DNA of 37,343 nt from Bacilli bacterium. GTDB lineage: Bacteria > Bacillota_I > Bacilli_A > RF39 > UBA660. This document shows positions 22,346 to 33,035 of this stretch, piece by piece. The notes below the pieces were generated by a model, which did no database searches, was not told where the DNA came from, and saw only the letters and a list, made by a program, of their open reading frames with translations. Position numbers and translations under genes: made by a program. The stretch covers positions 1 to 37,343 of the forward strand of contig JAZTXT010000040.1 of NCBI GenBank assembly GCA_045636525.1. The letters are read 5' to 3'. Positions within the stretch are counted from its first letter, which is position 1. Every line of letters starts with the position of its first letter.

Positions 22346-24463
22346 ATGATGAGTGTATCAGAATATGCAAGTGATGTAGGTAAGAAAGTAAAGGACATTC
22401 TAAGTCTATGTAGTAAATTATCAATATCAGTAAGTAGTGAAGAAGATATGTTATCAGATGATGATATTATTATGTTAGATAACGAAATAGCCACGCTAGA
22501 AAATGATGAAGAACAAGAAGAAACTATATCAGAAGAAGATATAGAAGACTTTGAAGATTCATATGAAGAAGAATTAGAAGTACTTGAAGAAAAAGCAAAA
22601 CCTATCAAGAAAAAGAAACCTATAAAATTAGAAGAAGATAAAGATGATTTTAAAGAAAAAAGAAAAGAAATGTATAAACATAAAGAAAAATTAAAATCAA
22701 ATGTTTCTGAAGAAGAAGAAAATGTAGTTTTATATAAAGAAAATATGACAGTAGCAGACTTAGCTTCTGCACTAGAAGTAGCACCCGCTATGATAATAAA
22801 GAAAATAATGACACTAGGAATGATGGTTACAATAAATGCAGGAGTAGACTTTGATACTGCCGAAATAATAACAGCAGACTATAATAAAACACTTAAAAAT
22901 GAAAGCACAAGAGACGAAGTTAATTTTGAAGAACTAGAAATAGTAGATAATCCTGAAGATTTATTAGAAAGACCACCAGTAATAACAATTATGGGACATG
23001 TTGATCATGGTAAAACAACACTTCTAGATACAATTAGAAAAACAAATGTAGCTAGTGGTGAAGCAGGTGGAATAACGCAGGCAATAGGTGCATATCAAAT
23101 AGAATATCAAGGAAAGAAATTAACATTCATTGATACTCCAGGACACGCTGCATTTACAGAAATGAGAGCTCGTGGAGCATCAATAACAGATATAGTAATA
23201 ATTATAGTAGCAGCAGATGATGGAGTAATGCCTCAAACAAGAGAAGCAATAGATCATGCTAAAGCAGCAGGAGTTCCAATAATAGTAGCGGTAAATAAAA
23301 TAGATAAACCAACTGCTAATGTAGAAAGAGTATTAACAGAAATGTCTAATGCTGGTATCCAACCAGAACAGTGGGGCGGAGACGTAATGTTCGTAAACAT
23401 TTCGGCAGCAACCGGACAAGGTATAGATGATTTATTGGAAAGAATATTACTACTTAGTGAAATGGAAGAGTTAAAAGCAAATCCAAATAGATATGCTATG
23501 GGTACAGTAATAGAATCTAAATTGGATAAAAATTCCGGTGTAATAACTAATATACTTGTACAAAACGGAACATTAAGATTAGGAGATCCAATCGTTGTAG
23601 GAACTATTTCAGGTAAAGTAAGAACATTAAAAAATGATAAAGGAGAAAATCTAGTTGAAGCACTTCCTTCAATGCCTGTATCAATAACAGGATTATCAGA
23701 TAGTCCTTCAGCGGGAGATAAATTCATGGCATTTGAAAGTGAAAAGAAAGCTAAGGCAATTGCTGAGCAAAGAGAACTAAATGAAAAAGAAAGAAAAAAC
23801 AAGCCAAAAACAGCAGTATCACTTGATGACCTATTTAATAGAGTATCAGAAGGAGAAAAAGAAATAAATATCCTTCTAAAAGCAGATGTTAAAGGTAGCG
23901 AAGAAGCTGTTAAAAATGCCCTTTTAAAATTAGATGTTGAAGGAATAAAAATAAATGTTATAAGAAGTGGAATAGGAACAATATCAGAAAGTGACGTTTC
24001 ACTAGCAGACGCTTCCAATGCCATAATTATTGGATTCAATATAAGACCAGATCATAAAATAACTGAAATGGCAAAAGATAAAGGAATAGATATTAGATTA
24101 TACGATATCATCTATAAAGTAGTTGAGGAAATGGAAGCGGCTCTAAAAGGAAAACTTGAGCCAGAATACGAAGAAAAGGTACTTGGAGAGGCTGAAGTAA
24201 GAAAAATATTTAAATTTTCTAAAGTAGGAACAATTGCTGGTTCCTATGTAACTTCGGGTATTTTAAAAAGAGGAGCTAAAGCAAGAGTAATAAGAGATGG
24301 TGTTATTGTAAATGATAGCGTTATTGCATCACTTGCAAGAGAAAAAGACCAAGTAAAAGAGGTAAAACAAGGCCTTGAATGTGGTATAACAATTGAAAAC
24401 TTTAATGATATAAAAGAGCATGATGTTATTGAAGCATATGAAATGGTAGAAATAAAAAAATAA
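22346..24463 (+). CDS. infB: Translation initiation factor IF-2
   Basis: It has an IF2_N-like N-terminus, an acidic/basic low-complexity linker and a GTPase domain ([21 protein letters not shown]). AGGAGGTGG lies upstream. Confidence 0.95.
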   Translation: MMSVSEYASDVGKKVKDILSLCSKLSISVSSEEDMLSDDDIIMLDNEIATLENDEEQEETISEEDIEDFEDSYEEELEVLEEKAKPIKKKKPIKLEEDKDDFKEKRKEMYKHKEKLKSNVSEEEENVVLYKENMTVADLASALEVAPAMIIKKIMTLGMMVTINAGVDFDTAEIITADYNKTLKNESTRDEVNFEELEIVDNPEDLLERPPVITIMGHVDHGKTTLLDTIRKTNVASGEAGGITQAIGAYQIEYQGKKLTFIDTPGHAAFTEMRARGASITDIVIIIVAADDGVMPQTREAIDHAKAAGVPIIVAVNKIDKPTANVERVLTEMSNAGIQPEQWGGDVMFVNISAATGQGIDDLLERILLLSEMEELKANPNRYAMGTVIESKLDKNSGVITNILVQNGTLRLGDPIVVGTISGKVRTLKNDKGENLVEALPSMPVSITGLSDSPSAGDKFMAFESEKKAKAIAEQRELNEKERKNKPKTAVSLDDLFNRVSEGEKEINILLKADVKGSEEAVKNALLKLDVEGIKINVIRSGIGTISESDVSLADASNAIIIGFNIRPDHKITEMAKDKGIDIRLYDIIYKVVEEMEAALKGKLEPEYEEKVLGEAEVRKIFKFSKVGTIAGSYVTSGILKRGAKARVIRDGVIVNDSVIASLAREKDQVKEVKQGLECGITIENFNDIKEHDVIEAYEMVEIKK

Positions 24464-24487
24464 TAATAAGAGTAGGAAATTTAAAAT

Positions 24488-25048
24488 ATGAAAAAACAAT
24501 ATCACAATTATATGAGAGACCAAAAAAATAAACTACGTCAAAGATTAGATGGTCAAGAAAGAGCTCTACAAAAAATGATTGACTCAAAAGTAAAATATGA
24601 AGAAAATTATGGTAAATATCCAGAATTATTTGAACTTGGTGAATTAGATCGAATAGGAGGGCACAACCCACAAATCATAGATGATAAAGATATGAAAAAA
24701 TCATATGAATATGGGTTCTTTAAAAAAGGAAGTAAAACTCTAGCAGGAGAATTTGCAAGAGATAAACATTCAATAGAAGAACAAAGACAATTTGGTATTA
24801 GAGACTTAAATAACGGTGTAAAAAATGAAGAATTATTTAATTTAACAGATTATCCAAACTATATGAATGGTAGAATATATCAAATGGGTAGAAACATTTA
24901 TAAATATATTGAAGAAAATAATCTTGAAATTGATAAATACATCAGTATTATGTCTATAATATATCCAAATATAGCAAATCCAGAATTTAAAATAGGATAT
25001 TATGAACAAAAAGAAGAAATAGAGGAAAAAAATAAAAAAATAAGGTAG
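24488..25048 (+). CDS. Hypothetical protein (186 aa), first of three unknown ORFs inserted between infB and rbfA
   Basis: Tight spacing, a GGAAAT-type weak RBS and no recognisable domain. It contains SYEYGFFKKGSKTLAGE and a C-terminal KIGYYEQ. Confidence 0.55.
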   Translation: MKKQYHNYMRDQKNKLRQRLDGQERALQKMIDSKVKYEENYGKYPELFELGELDRIGGHNPQIIDDKDMKKSYEYGFFKKGSKTLAGEFARDKHSIEEQRQFGIRDLNNGVKNEELFNLTDYPNYMNGRIYQMGRNIYKYIEENNLEIDKYISIMSIIYPNIANPEFKIGYYEQKEEIEEKNKKIR

Positions 25049-25056
25049 GTAATAAA

Positions 25057-25518
25057 ATGGGATATTATGAACAATCAAACACAGAAAATAGTAGAGGAAA
25101 TAGAAGTACTGCTACTAGAAATAGTGTATTTAACAAAATATCAAATTCAATCATGAGAGAAACAACAGAGAAAAAAGCAAAAGAGAGAGAAATGGAACGA
25201 TACGAAACACAAGGAAATGGCAAATACATAATGACTGGTTCTAATGATAGAGTTAATGGTATTGATTTTAGAGGGCATCTTTATAAAAATGAAGATGATA
25301 GTAAATCATATTACTACGGATATATTCATCATGGTGGAAGAAGATTATTTGCAATAGTGGAAGAATTAGTAAAAGAAGGAAAATTAGAAGAAGTTGCTTT
25401 AATAGCAGAAAGAGATTACAATCATGATCTTGAAAAAGGGCACTTAGGAATGGTAGAAAATAATAGCGTATATATGGAAGCATTTGATAAAATAGCAAGT
25501 AAAGGAAAATCTAGATAA
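25057..25518 (+). CDS. Hypothetical protein (153 aa), second of three
   Basis: It begins MGYYEQ, and the same 15 nt ggatattatgaacaa occur at 24995-25009. It contains SYYYGYIHHGGRRLFAI. Confidence 0.55.
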   Translation: MGYYEQSNTENSRGNRSTATRNSVFNKISNSIMRETTEKKAKEREMERYETQGNGKYIMTGSNDRVNGIDFRGHLYKNEDDSKSYYYGYIHHGGRRLFAIVEELVKEGKLEEVALIAERDYNHDLEKGHLGMVENNSVYMEAFDKIASKGKSR

Positions 25519-25519
25519 T

Positions 25520-25840
25520 ATGAACTTTAAACCAGGTACAAAAGAATATAGATTAACTGTTGAAGAAAAAGGTTGCTGTGGCGAATTAAATACTATTGGT
25601 AAAATTGCTTATTTTATAGAAACATTTTATGGAATAAAACTTGAAGATAAAGATATAAGAGAAGTACTACCAGTAGCAGAACCAACTAAAACTATAAGTT
25701 TCCAAAGTGGTTATAAAAATGGAAAAGCACTAGTAGATAATGGTTTCACAAAAGAACATTATTTAGAATTCTATAAAAATACAAGAACAAAAATAAAAGA
25801 AAAATTAGATTCAATAGAAATTACAAAAAAATTAAAATAG
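25520..25840 (+). CDS. Hypothetical protein (106 aa), third of three
   Basis: It starts 2 nt after the previous stop and contains SFQSGYKNGKALVDNG. Confidence 0.5.
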   Translation: MNFKPGTKEYRLTVEEKGCCGELNTIGKIAYFIETFYGIKLEDKDIREVLPVAEPTKTISFQSGYKNGKALVDNGFTKEHYLEFYKNTRTKIKEKLDSIEITKKLK

Positions 25841-25855
25841 ACAAGGAGAATTACT

Positions 25856-26200
25856 ATGAGTATAAAATTAGAAAGATTAGGAAACATCTTTGTTGAAGCA
25901 ATATCAAAAGCTATTCATGAAGAGGTAAAAGATGATGATATAAAGTTTGTAACAATAACCGCAGTAGACATTTCAAGCGATTTATCTTATGCAAAAGTGT
26001 ATTTTACAAATTTAATTGATGCTGATCGTGAAAAAGTTACAAAAGCATTAAATAGAGCAAGTGGTTTTATAAGAGGAAAACTATTTGACATGGTAGAAAT
26101 AAGAAAAATGCCAGAATTAACATTTGTTTATGATGAATCAATAGAATATGGTAACAAAATAGAAAAAATCATAAATGACATTAATAAGGAGGACGAGTAA
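25856..26200 (+). CDS. rbfA: Ribosome-binding factor A
   Basis: R..R...I.KAIHEEVKD......VTITAVDISSDLSYAKVYF is the RbfA pattern. AAGGAG is upstream and the operon position is conserved. Confidence 0.9.
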   Translation: MSIKLERLGNIFVEAISKAIHEEVKDDDIKFVTITAVDISSDLSYAKVYFTNLIDADREKVTKALNRASGFIRGKLFDMVEIRKMPELTFVYDESIEYGNKIEKIINDINKEDE

Positions 26201-27156
26201 TGAACAATATTATTAGCGAAATAAAAAAAAGCAATAATATTGTTTTGCTTTGTCATAATAATCCAGATGGAGATGCAGTAGGTAGTACTATTGCTATATA
26301 TCATATATTAAGAAAACTAGGGAAAGAAGTAGATATAGTTATTGATAAAGTACCCTCAAAGTTTAACTTTATTGAAGGTTATGAAAATATACAAACTTCC
26401 TCTGATAAAAAATATGATGTAGCAATTATATTAGATACTGCGAGTATCGAAAGGTTAAATAATCCAAATAATATTATAGAAGATATTCCAAGAAAAATAG
26501 TCATAGACCATCATGGTAGTAATACACATTACGGTGATGTGAATTTTGTTGACAGTAGGCCAGCTTGCTGTGAAGTTGTATATAATTTAGCAAAAGAAAT
26601 GGATATTGAAATAGATGAAAATATAGCAACTTCTCTATGTTCAGGGCTACTTACTGATACTGGCGGGTTATCCCATCCTGATGTAAAACCATCAACATAT
26701 GAAGTGGCAGCTTCTCTAAGTAACATCGTAGATATTCCTTCTATTCATAAAAAAGTATTAGGAACTATCACTAAAGGTCAATTTGAATTAAATAAAATAG
26801 GCACTCAAAATTTAGAATTCTATAAAGATGGACAAATAACATTTACCTATATTACTGAAGAAGATTTGATAAATTTAAATCTAGAAAAAAGTGATGCTGA
26901 CATTATAGCTAATTTAGGAAGAAATATTGAAGGAGTAGAAGTAGCTATCTACATAAGAAAATATAAAGATGAAAACAGAGTATCTCTTCGTTCAAATAAT
27001 AATATAGATGTAAATGAAATAGCCAAAATTTTTGGATGTGGTGGACATAAAAATGCAGCCGGAATATCAACAACAATGGATTTTAATGAACTCAAAGAAA
27101 AATTAATATATGAAGTAGGTAAGAAGATAGATGAATGGAATCTTAGTAGTAAATAA
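26200..27156 (+). CDS. nrnA: DHH/DHHA1 phosphoesterase (NrnA-like oligoribonuclease/pAp phosphatase)
   Basis: NPDGDAVGS, DHHGSN and GGHKNAAG motifs are present. The start overlaps the rbfA stop (TAATG). Confidence 0.8.
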   Translation: MNNIISEIKKSNNIVLLCHNNPDGDAVGSTIAIYHILRKLGKEVDIVIDKVPSKFNFIEGYENIQTSSDKKYDVAIILDTASIERLNNPNNIIEDIPRKIVIDHHGSNTHYGDVNFVDSRPACCEVVYNLAKEMDIEIDENIATSLCSGLLTDTGGLSHPDVKPSTYEVAASLSNIVDIPSIHKKVLGTITKGQFELNKIGTQNLEFYKDGQITFTYITEEDLINLNLEKSDADIIANLGRNIEGVEVAIYIRKYKDENRVSLRSNNNIDVNEIAKIFGCGGHKNAAGISTTMDFNELKEKLIYEVGKKIDEWNLSSK

Positions 27157-27997
27157 ACCTTATGGTTATACAAGTAGAGATATCGTAAACATAGTATCAA
27201 AAACATTAAAAACAAAGAAAGTAGGACATACAGGCACATTAGACCCAATAGCAACAGGTGTATTAGTTCTTCCTATTGGAAATGCTCTTAAAGTAGCAGA
27301 ACTTATAACTGCTGAAAAAAAAGAATATATAGCAAAAGTAATATTAGGCTATGAAACAGATATGCTAGATGTAACAGGAACAGAAATAAAAAGAAATAAA
27401 CCTACTTGTACAAAAGAAGAGTTAGAAGAAGTATTAAAAAAATTTATAGGTAAAAGTAATCAACAGGTACCTATGTATTCAGCTGTTAAGGTAAATGGCA
27501 AAAAACTATATGAGTATGCAAGACAAGGTATTGAGGTAACTCCTCCAACTAAGGAAATTGAAGTATATAGTCTTGAGCTAATTAGTGATATAGAATATCT
27601 AGAAGATACTATTGAATTTACAATAAAATGCAAAGTAAGTAAAGGTACATATATAAGAAGTCTAATAAGAGATATAGCCTATAAATTGGGTACTTATGGC
27701 ACCATGAAAGAATTAAATAGAACTGGGCAAGGTATCTTTTCGCTTGAAGATTCTTATACACTAGAGGATGTTCAAAATAACAACTATAAACTAATGTCTA
27801 TAAAAGATGCACTACCAAATATAAAAATAACAAGAGTAGAAGAACTACTACTAAAGAAAATAAAAAATGGTATGGTTATAGATTCATTCTTTGAAGAAGA
27901 ACTATCTTTAATCGTAGACAAAGATAATAAAGAAATAGCAATATATAAACAAAATGGAGAAGGTAAAGTAAAACCATATAAAATGATTGAGGTGTAG
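27131..27997 (+). CDS. truB: tRNA pseudouridine(55) synthase
   Basis: NGILVVNKPYGYTS and GHTGTLDPIATGVL motifs are present. Confidence 0.9.
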   Translation: MNGILVVNKPYGYTSRDIVNIVSKTLKTKKVGHTGTLDPIATGVLVLPIGNALKVAELITAEKKEYIAKVILGYETDMLDVTGTEIKRNKPTCTKEELEEVLKKFIGKSNQQVPMYSAVKVNGKKLYEYARQGIEVTPPTKEIEVYSLELISDIEYLEDTIEFTIKCKVSKGTYIRSLIRDIAYKLGTYGTMKELNRTGQGIFSLEDSYTLEDVQNNNYKLMSIKDALPNIKITRVEELLLKKIKNGMVIDSFFEEELSLIVDKDNKEIAIYKQNGEGKVKPYKMIEV

Positions 27998-27998
27998 T

Positions 27999-29810
27999 AT
28001 GAGTAAAATAAAGGTAATGAGTGAACTACTATCTAACAAAATTGCAGCTGGTGAAGTAGTAGAAAAAGTAGTATCAATAGTAAAAGAACTAGTGGAAAAT
28101 TCAGTAGATGCCAAAGCTACTTATATAAAGATAGATTTAAAAGAAGCAGGTCTTCGTGAAATAATAGTTACAGATGATGGTATAGGAATGGAAAAAGAAG
28201 ATGCCATTCTTGCATTCCAAAGACATGCCACAAGTAAACTATATACAGATGATGACCTATTTTCTATAAACTCATTAGGCTTCCGTGGTGAAGCATTACC
28301 TTCAATTGCCTCAGTATCTGAAATTGTCCTAAAAACATGTCAAAATGAAGTAGGAACACTAGTGCATATCAAAGGTGGTAAAATACTAGAAAATAAATCT
28401 TCAGATGCCAGAATAGGTACACAAATTACCGTATCAAACTTATTTTATAATACACCTGCTAGACTAAAACATTTGTCAAGTCCATATGCAGAGTTGTCAA
28501 ATGTTGTCGAATATGTAAATAAAATGGCATTATCTTATCCAAATATTAAGTTTAGACTAACTAATGATGAAAAAGAATTATTAAATACAGATGGCTCAGG
28601 TAATCTACTTAAAGTAATAAAATCAATATATGGATTAGATATAGCAAAAAGAATGTTAGAGATAAATGTATCAAATGATGACTATGAAGTATCAGGCTAT
28701 ATTTCTATGCCTGAGATAAATCGTTCTAGTAGAAATCATATGACAGTACTAGTAAATGGAAGGGTAGTAAGAAATCAAATATTAAATAAAATAATAAATG
28801 ATGCATACTCATCTTTCAAAGAAGATACAAGATATCCAATTGTAGTAATAAAAATAAATACAGATCCAACATTAATAGATGTAAATATTCATCCATCAAA
28901 ACAGGATATAAAATTCAGTAATTTTGAAGAATTAAAAATATTGATATCAACAGCCATTGTGGATACAATAAAAACAAAGTTATTAATACCTAAAATAGAA
29001 ATAAAAGAAGAAAAAAAGGAAGTTAAGTATGAAAATATTTCTTTAGATTTAGATAGAAATATAGTATCTGATATATCAAGTATTAATGTAGAAAATAAAA
29101 CAAGACTAACGGACATAATTAACTTTAATTATGAGACAAATAACGAACTAGATACAGAAGATAATAAAGATGATAATGATACAGAAATAGAAACAACATA
29201 TGTTGAAGAAATAACAGAAAAAGAAAAATTACCAGAACTATATCCTGTAGGACTAGCTCTTGGAACATACATAATATGTCAAAATGAAAAAGGTATTTAC
29301 TTGATAGATCAACATGCCGCAGAAGAAAGAGTAAACTACGAAAAGAATTATTATCTATTATCACATCCAAATAACGATGTAATATCACCATTAGTATCTA
29401 TAGTTATTGAATTTCCGCTAAACGAATTCTTAAAAATAAAAGAAAACATAGATATATTAAAAGACTTAAATATAGAAATAGAAGAGTTTGGTAGTAATGC
29501 ATTTAGAGTAGTATCTCATCCAACATGGTTTCCTAAAGGTAATGAAGAAAAAATAATAAGAAGAATTCTTGAAGAAATAAAGGATAAAGGTAAAGACTTT
29601 AATCTAGCAAAATTCAATGATAATATAGCAAAACTAATAAGTTGTAAGATGAGTATAAAAGCAAATACAAGGATAACACCAGAGGCACAAGAGGAAATAA
29701 TAAACAAATTAAGAAAATGTGATAATCCTTTCAATTGCCCTCACGGAAGACCTACAATAATTCATTTTACAATTTATGAATTAGAAAAAATGTTCAAAAG
29801 AAGTATATAG
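27999..29810 (+). CDS. mutL: DNA mismatch repair protein MutL
   Basis: IAAGEVVE, DDGIGM and GFRGEAL (GHKL ATPase) are present, with the C-terminal dimerisation domain. ATG 27999 is preferred over the TTG at 27987, which lies inside truB. Confidence 0.9.
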   Translation: MSKIKVMSELLSNKIAAGEVVEKVVSIVKELVENSVDAKATYIKIDLKEAGLREIIVTDDGIGMEKEDAILAFQRHATSKLYTDDDLFSINSLGFRGEALPSIASVSEIVLKTCQNEVGTLVHIKGGKILENKSSDARIGTQITVSNLFYNTPARLKHLSSPYAELSNVVEYVNKMALSYPNIKFRLTNDEKELLNTDGSGNLLKVIKSIYGLDIAKRMLEINVSNDDYEVSGYISMPEINRSSRNHMTVLVNGRVVRNQILNKIINDAYSSFKEDTRYPIVVIKINTDPTLIDVNIHPSKQDIKFSNFEELKILISTAIVDTIKTKLLIPKIEIKEEKKEVKYENISLDLDRNIVSDISSINVENKTRLTDIINFNYETNNELDTEDNKDDNDTEIETTYVEEITEKEKLPELYPVGLALGTYIICQNEKGIYLIDQHAAEERVNYEKNYYLLSHPNNDVISPLVSIVIEFPLNEFLKIKENIDILKDLNIEIEEFGSNAFRVVSHPTWFPKGNEEKIIRRILEEIKDKGKDFNLAKFNDNIAKLISCKMSIKANTRITPEAQEEIINKLRKCDNPFNCPHGRPTIIHFTIYELEKMFKRSI

Positions 29811-29821
29811 GAAGTGAGACT

Positions 29822-30703
29822 ATGAACAAAGTAATAGTAATAACAGGACCTACCGCAGTTGGTAAAACAAAATTATCTATAGAAATAGCAAAAAAATATA
29901 ATGGTGAAATAATAAACTGTGATGCAGTTCAAGTGTATAAAGGATTAGATATTGGTTCAGCTAAGGTAACAGAAGAAGAAAAAGAGGGTATTCCTCATCA
30001 TTTATTTGATATTAAAGAAGTAGATGAAGAATACACGATATTTCATTATCAACAAGACTGCCGAAATCTAATTGAAGAAATACAAAGTAGAGTGAAAACA
30101 CCAATCCTAGTAGGAGGAACTGGTCTCTACATAAAAGCAGCATTATACGATTATAAATTATCTGAAGAAAAAGAAAAAGATACTTATGATAATTTATCAA
30201 ACGAAGAAATATACAGTGAACTATTAAAAGTGGATAAAGATATTATAATTGATAAAAATAATCGTCGTAGACTAATAAGAGCTTTAAACTACTATAAAGA
30301 AAATAATGAATCAATAAATAATAATAAAACAGATACACTATTATATGATACGTTATTTATTGGATTAACAACAGATAGACAAAATTTATACGAAAAAATC
30401 AATAAAAGAGTAGACATTATGGTTAATGATGGATTACTTGAAGAAATAAAGCCATATTATGATAAAAATATCAGAACAAAACCACTTCTAAATGCAATTG
30501 GTTATAGAGAAATATATAAATACTTTGATGGAGAATACAATCTTGATGAAGCAATAGATAAAATAAAACAAAATTCAAGACACTACGCTAAAAGACAATA
30601 TACATTCTTTAATCATCAACTACCAGTAGTATGGTTTGAGACAGACTATAATAATTTTAATAATACAATAGAAAAAGTAAGTAATTACATAGACAGTAAT
30701 TAA
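29822..30703 (+). CDS. miaA: tRNA dimethylallyltransferase
   Basis: A GPTAVGKT P-loop and the IPHHL and VGGTGLY motifs are present. Confidence 0.9.
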   Translation: MNKVIVITGPTAVGKTKLSIEIAKKYNGEIINCDAVQVYKGLDIGSAKVTEEEKEGIPHHLFDIKEVDEEYTIFHYQQDCRNLIEEIQSRVKTPILVGGTGLYIKAALYDYKLSEEKEKDTYDNLSNEEIYSELLKVDKDIIIDKNNRRRLIRALNYYKENNESINNNKTDTLLYDTLFIGLTTDRQNLYEKINKRVDIMVNDGLLEEIKPYYDKNIRTKPLLNAIGYREIYKYFDGEYNLDEAIDKIKQNSRHYAKRQYTFFNHQLPVVWFETDYNNFNNTIEKVSNYIDSN

Positions 30704-30710
30704 CTTACTT

Positions 30711-31682
30711 TTATTCTTTTTCAATTAAAAATTTAACAAGTGCTTCTGGATCCTTCTTATCTACAATAATATCATAAATAAGATTAATAATAGGCATTTT
30801 AATTTTTTTATTTCTAAGTAGTTGCTTAATAGATTTCAAAGTATACAATCCCTCAATGGTAGTATTCTTAATATACTGATCTATCTCTTCTCTTGGTGTA
30901 TTCTCTCCAATAATTTTACCAAGTGTATAGTTTCTACTTTTAACTGATGTACAGGTAAGAAGTAAATCTCCAAAACCAGCAAAAGAAAGAATAGTTTTAG
31001 GATCTCCACCTAACGCTCTAATAAGTTCTTTAATATCATGTAAAGACTCAGTAACAAACATACAGCTAGTAGATTCAGGATATCCCATACCACCAATCAT
31101 ACCAGATGCAATAGCAATAACATTCTTAATAGAACCACATATCTCAGTCCCAATAACATCTTTAGTAGGTCTAAGCTTAACATAATCATTTTGCATACAT
31201 TTAATAATTAAATCTCTTGAATAATTACTTTTTGTTGCTACAGATAGACCAACAGGAACTCTTTTTATCATATCAACAGCAAAAGTACCACCTGAAATAA
31301 CAGCGATTTCATTTGTCTTAATATTATTTCTAACAACATCATATAAGAACAAACATGTACTTTGCTCAATACCTTTTGATGCAATACATATAACTTGTTT
31401 AGAATTGTAATATTCTTTTAACTGACCGCTTACGCTATCAACAAATTTAGCAGGAACAGCAATAACAATAACTGATGCATCTAGGACAACTTCCTTCATA
31501 TTATTACTAATATTAATAGAACTAGGTATAACATAATCAATCTTATTACTTTTTCTTTCCCTAAGCAATAAGTCCATCTCTTCATTACTATTAGTCCACA
31601 TCATAACATCACATTTGTTATCATTAAAAATATTAGCAAGTGCCATACCATAAGCACCGGTTCCTAAAATAGCAATTTTCAT
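30711..31682 (-). CDS. gpsA: NAD(P)H-dependent glycerol-3-phosphate dehydrogenase
   Basis: MKIAILGTGAYG Rossmann fold and the GSIKNVIAIA and GDLLLTC motifs are present. Confidence 0.9.
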   Translation of the reverse strand: MKIAILGTGAYGMALANIFNDNKCDVMMWTNSNEEMDLLLRERKSNKIDYVIPSSINISNNMKEVVLDASVIVIAVPAKFVDSVSGQLKEYYNSKQVICIASKGIEQSTCLFLYDVVRNNIKTNEIAVISGGTFAVDMIKRVPVGLSVATKSNYSRDLIIKCMQNDYVKLRPTKDVIGTEICGSIKNVIAIASGMIGGMGYPESTSCMFVTESLHDIKELIRALGGDPKTILSFAGFGDLLLTCTSVKSRNYTLGKIIGENTPREEIDQYIKNTTIEGLYTLKSIKQLLRNKKIKMPIINLIYDIIVDKKDPEALVKFLIEKE

Positions 31683-31993
31683 TTAATAATCATCTTCTTT
31701 CCAATTTCAATATCAAAGTACCCACTAGGAGTCTCAAATACCTTTTTAACATTTTTTTTAGGCCATATAATTTTATTTTTAGGCAAATCTTTATAAAAGA
31801 ACAATATATTATTATTTTTATCACACATAATAACATCAATATTTTTCTTCATAAAAAAAGTATGAATACTATCACATTTATCAAATAAAAGTGCACTATT
31901 AATATTCTTCTTAAACATAAATCCAAGTAGTCTTGAACCAAAACTTTTACACTCTTTAAGTTCTAATTCTTTATTTTTGAATATTAACCTCAT
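31679..31993 (-). CDS. DUF192 domain protein
   Basis: The GFMF...SIHTFFMK..IDVI pattern is present. Its stop overlaps the gpsA start (ATGA). Confidence 0.7.
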   Translation of the reverse strand: MRLIFKNKELELKECKSFGSRLLGFMFKKNINSALLFDKCDSIHTFFMKKNIDVIMCDKNNNILFFYKDLPKNKIIWPKKNVKKVFETPSGYFDIEIGKKMIIK

Positions 31994-32059
31994 ACTATCA
32001 CCATAAATTAATTATATAAACAAAATAACAAAATGGCAATACCAAAACAATATTTTTAA

Positions 32060-32088
32060 TTTACATGGAATCAAAAATATTATATAAT
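32060..32088 (+). promoter_or_regulatory. Predicted sigma-A promoter of the HExxH-protein gene
   Basis: TTTACA (32060-32065), a 17-nt spacer, then TATAAT (32083-32088). The track's ATG at 32065 lies inside the -35 element. Confidence 0.5.
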
Positions 32089-32115
32089 TTATATAGAAAT
32101 GAGGAATATTATTAT

Positions 32116-32943
32116 ATGGAAAATAAAATAGAAAGGATAAAACAAAACTTAATTACTATCATTAGAAAGTATATTGAAATAATAAAAGAAGAATATAAAG
32201 ACTATACAGATATACCAGAAAGTATAAATTTAGAAAAATATGTACATATTGAGGATACTGGTACAATTTCACTATCTGTATATGATGGACATTTCTATTT
32301 TCCAACAGACGCCTTCAAAGTTTTAGATGCGCTAAAAACAATACCAGGCTTTGGTAGCAATAAAAATCATAAAACTTGTAATAAAGATAATATGATAATT
32401 AATAATAATACTTATGTAACTTTTATAAAACATATATTTTTGAAAGGATTGACTCCAGAAGAATATTACGAAGAAATTCTTCTTCATGAAACTCTTCATT
32501 TCTGCGGTAGCGGTGGAGGAACTGCTATAAAAGAGGGTATAAATGAACTAAAAACAAGAGAGTTAGCAAAAAAATATAATTTATTAACATCATCTTGTGG
32601 ATATCCAAAAGAAACAAAAATAGCATATGAATTACAAAATATATTTGGAGAAGAAATAATAAATAAGATAGCATTTTCTAAAAATAATTTAGAAATAAGA
32701 AAAATACTAGGCACTGTATCAGAAGATGCTGTAAAATTCTACTTTACACTAGAAGAAATCATGGAAAAAGAATTTTATCATAAATACATGAAATATGATT
32801 TTCCAGGTATAACTGGTCCGATAAAGAAAACACAAAAATATAACATGATAGATTATACCAATGCATATTTGTTAATTAAAGAGTATAAAAAAAGTCATAA
32901 TATGTCAGATATATCTGTATTATCTAATTGTAAAATAAAATAG
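32116..32943 (+). CDS. Hypothetical protein with an HExxH zinc-metalloprotease-like motif
   Basis: LLHETLHFCGSGGG. The start is moved to M18 (ATG 32116) because the predicted promoter covers the upstream ATG. The GAGG is 11 nt upstream, so the start is uncertain. Confidence 0.55.
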   Translation: MENKIERIKQNLITIIRKYIEIIKEEYKDYTDIPESINLEKYVHIEDTGTISLSVYDGHFYFPTDAFKVLDALKTIPGFGSNKNHKTCNKDNMIINNNTYVTFIKHIFLKGLTPEEYYEEILLHETLHFCGSGGGTAIKEGINELKTRELAKKYNLLTSSCGYPKETKIAYELQNIFGEEIINKIAFSKNNLEIRKILGTVSEDAVKFYFTLEEIMEKEFYHKYMKYDFPGITGPIKKTQKYNMIDYTNAYLLIKEYKKSHNMSDISVLSNCKIK

Positions 32944-32988
32944 AGAATAAAAGAGACAAAAACAACAGACTTATAGTATATAGAATTA

Positions 32989-33017
32989 TTGATAAAAAAC
33001 AGCATTTATGTTAATAT
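32989..33017 (+). promoter_or_regulatory. Predicted sigma-A promoter of the first prepilin-type gene
   Basis: TTGATA (32989-32994), a 17-nt spacer ending in TGt, then TAATAT (33012-33017). Confidence 0.55.
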
Positions 33018-33035
33018 ATATGTGGAGGAAAAAAT

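Noticed and set aside
23254-24039. Long antisense ORFs inside well-supported genes. Examples are 23254..24039 in infB, 5655..5981 in hsdM, 20631..20975 over rimP and 22267..22608, plus 674..895, 21575..21868, 29125..29391 and others in the track.
   Set aside because: These are shadow ORFs typical of AT-rich, purine-skewed coding strands. Their composition is low-complexity (S/F/I/L-rich), they lack an RBS, and the opposite strand carries unambiguous conserved proteins.
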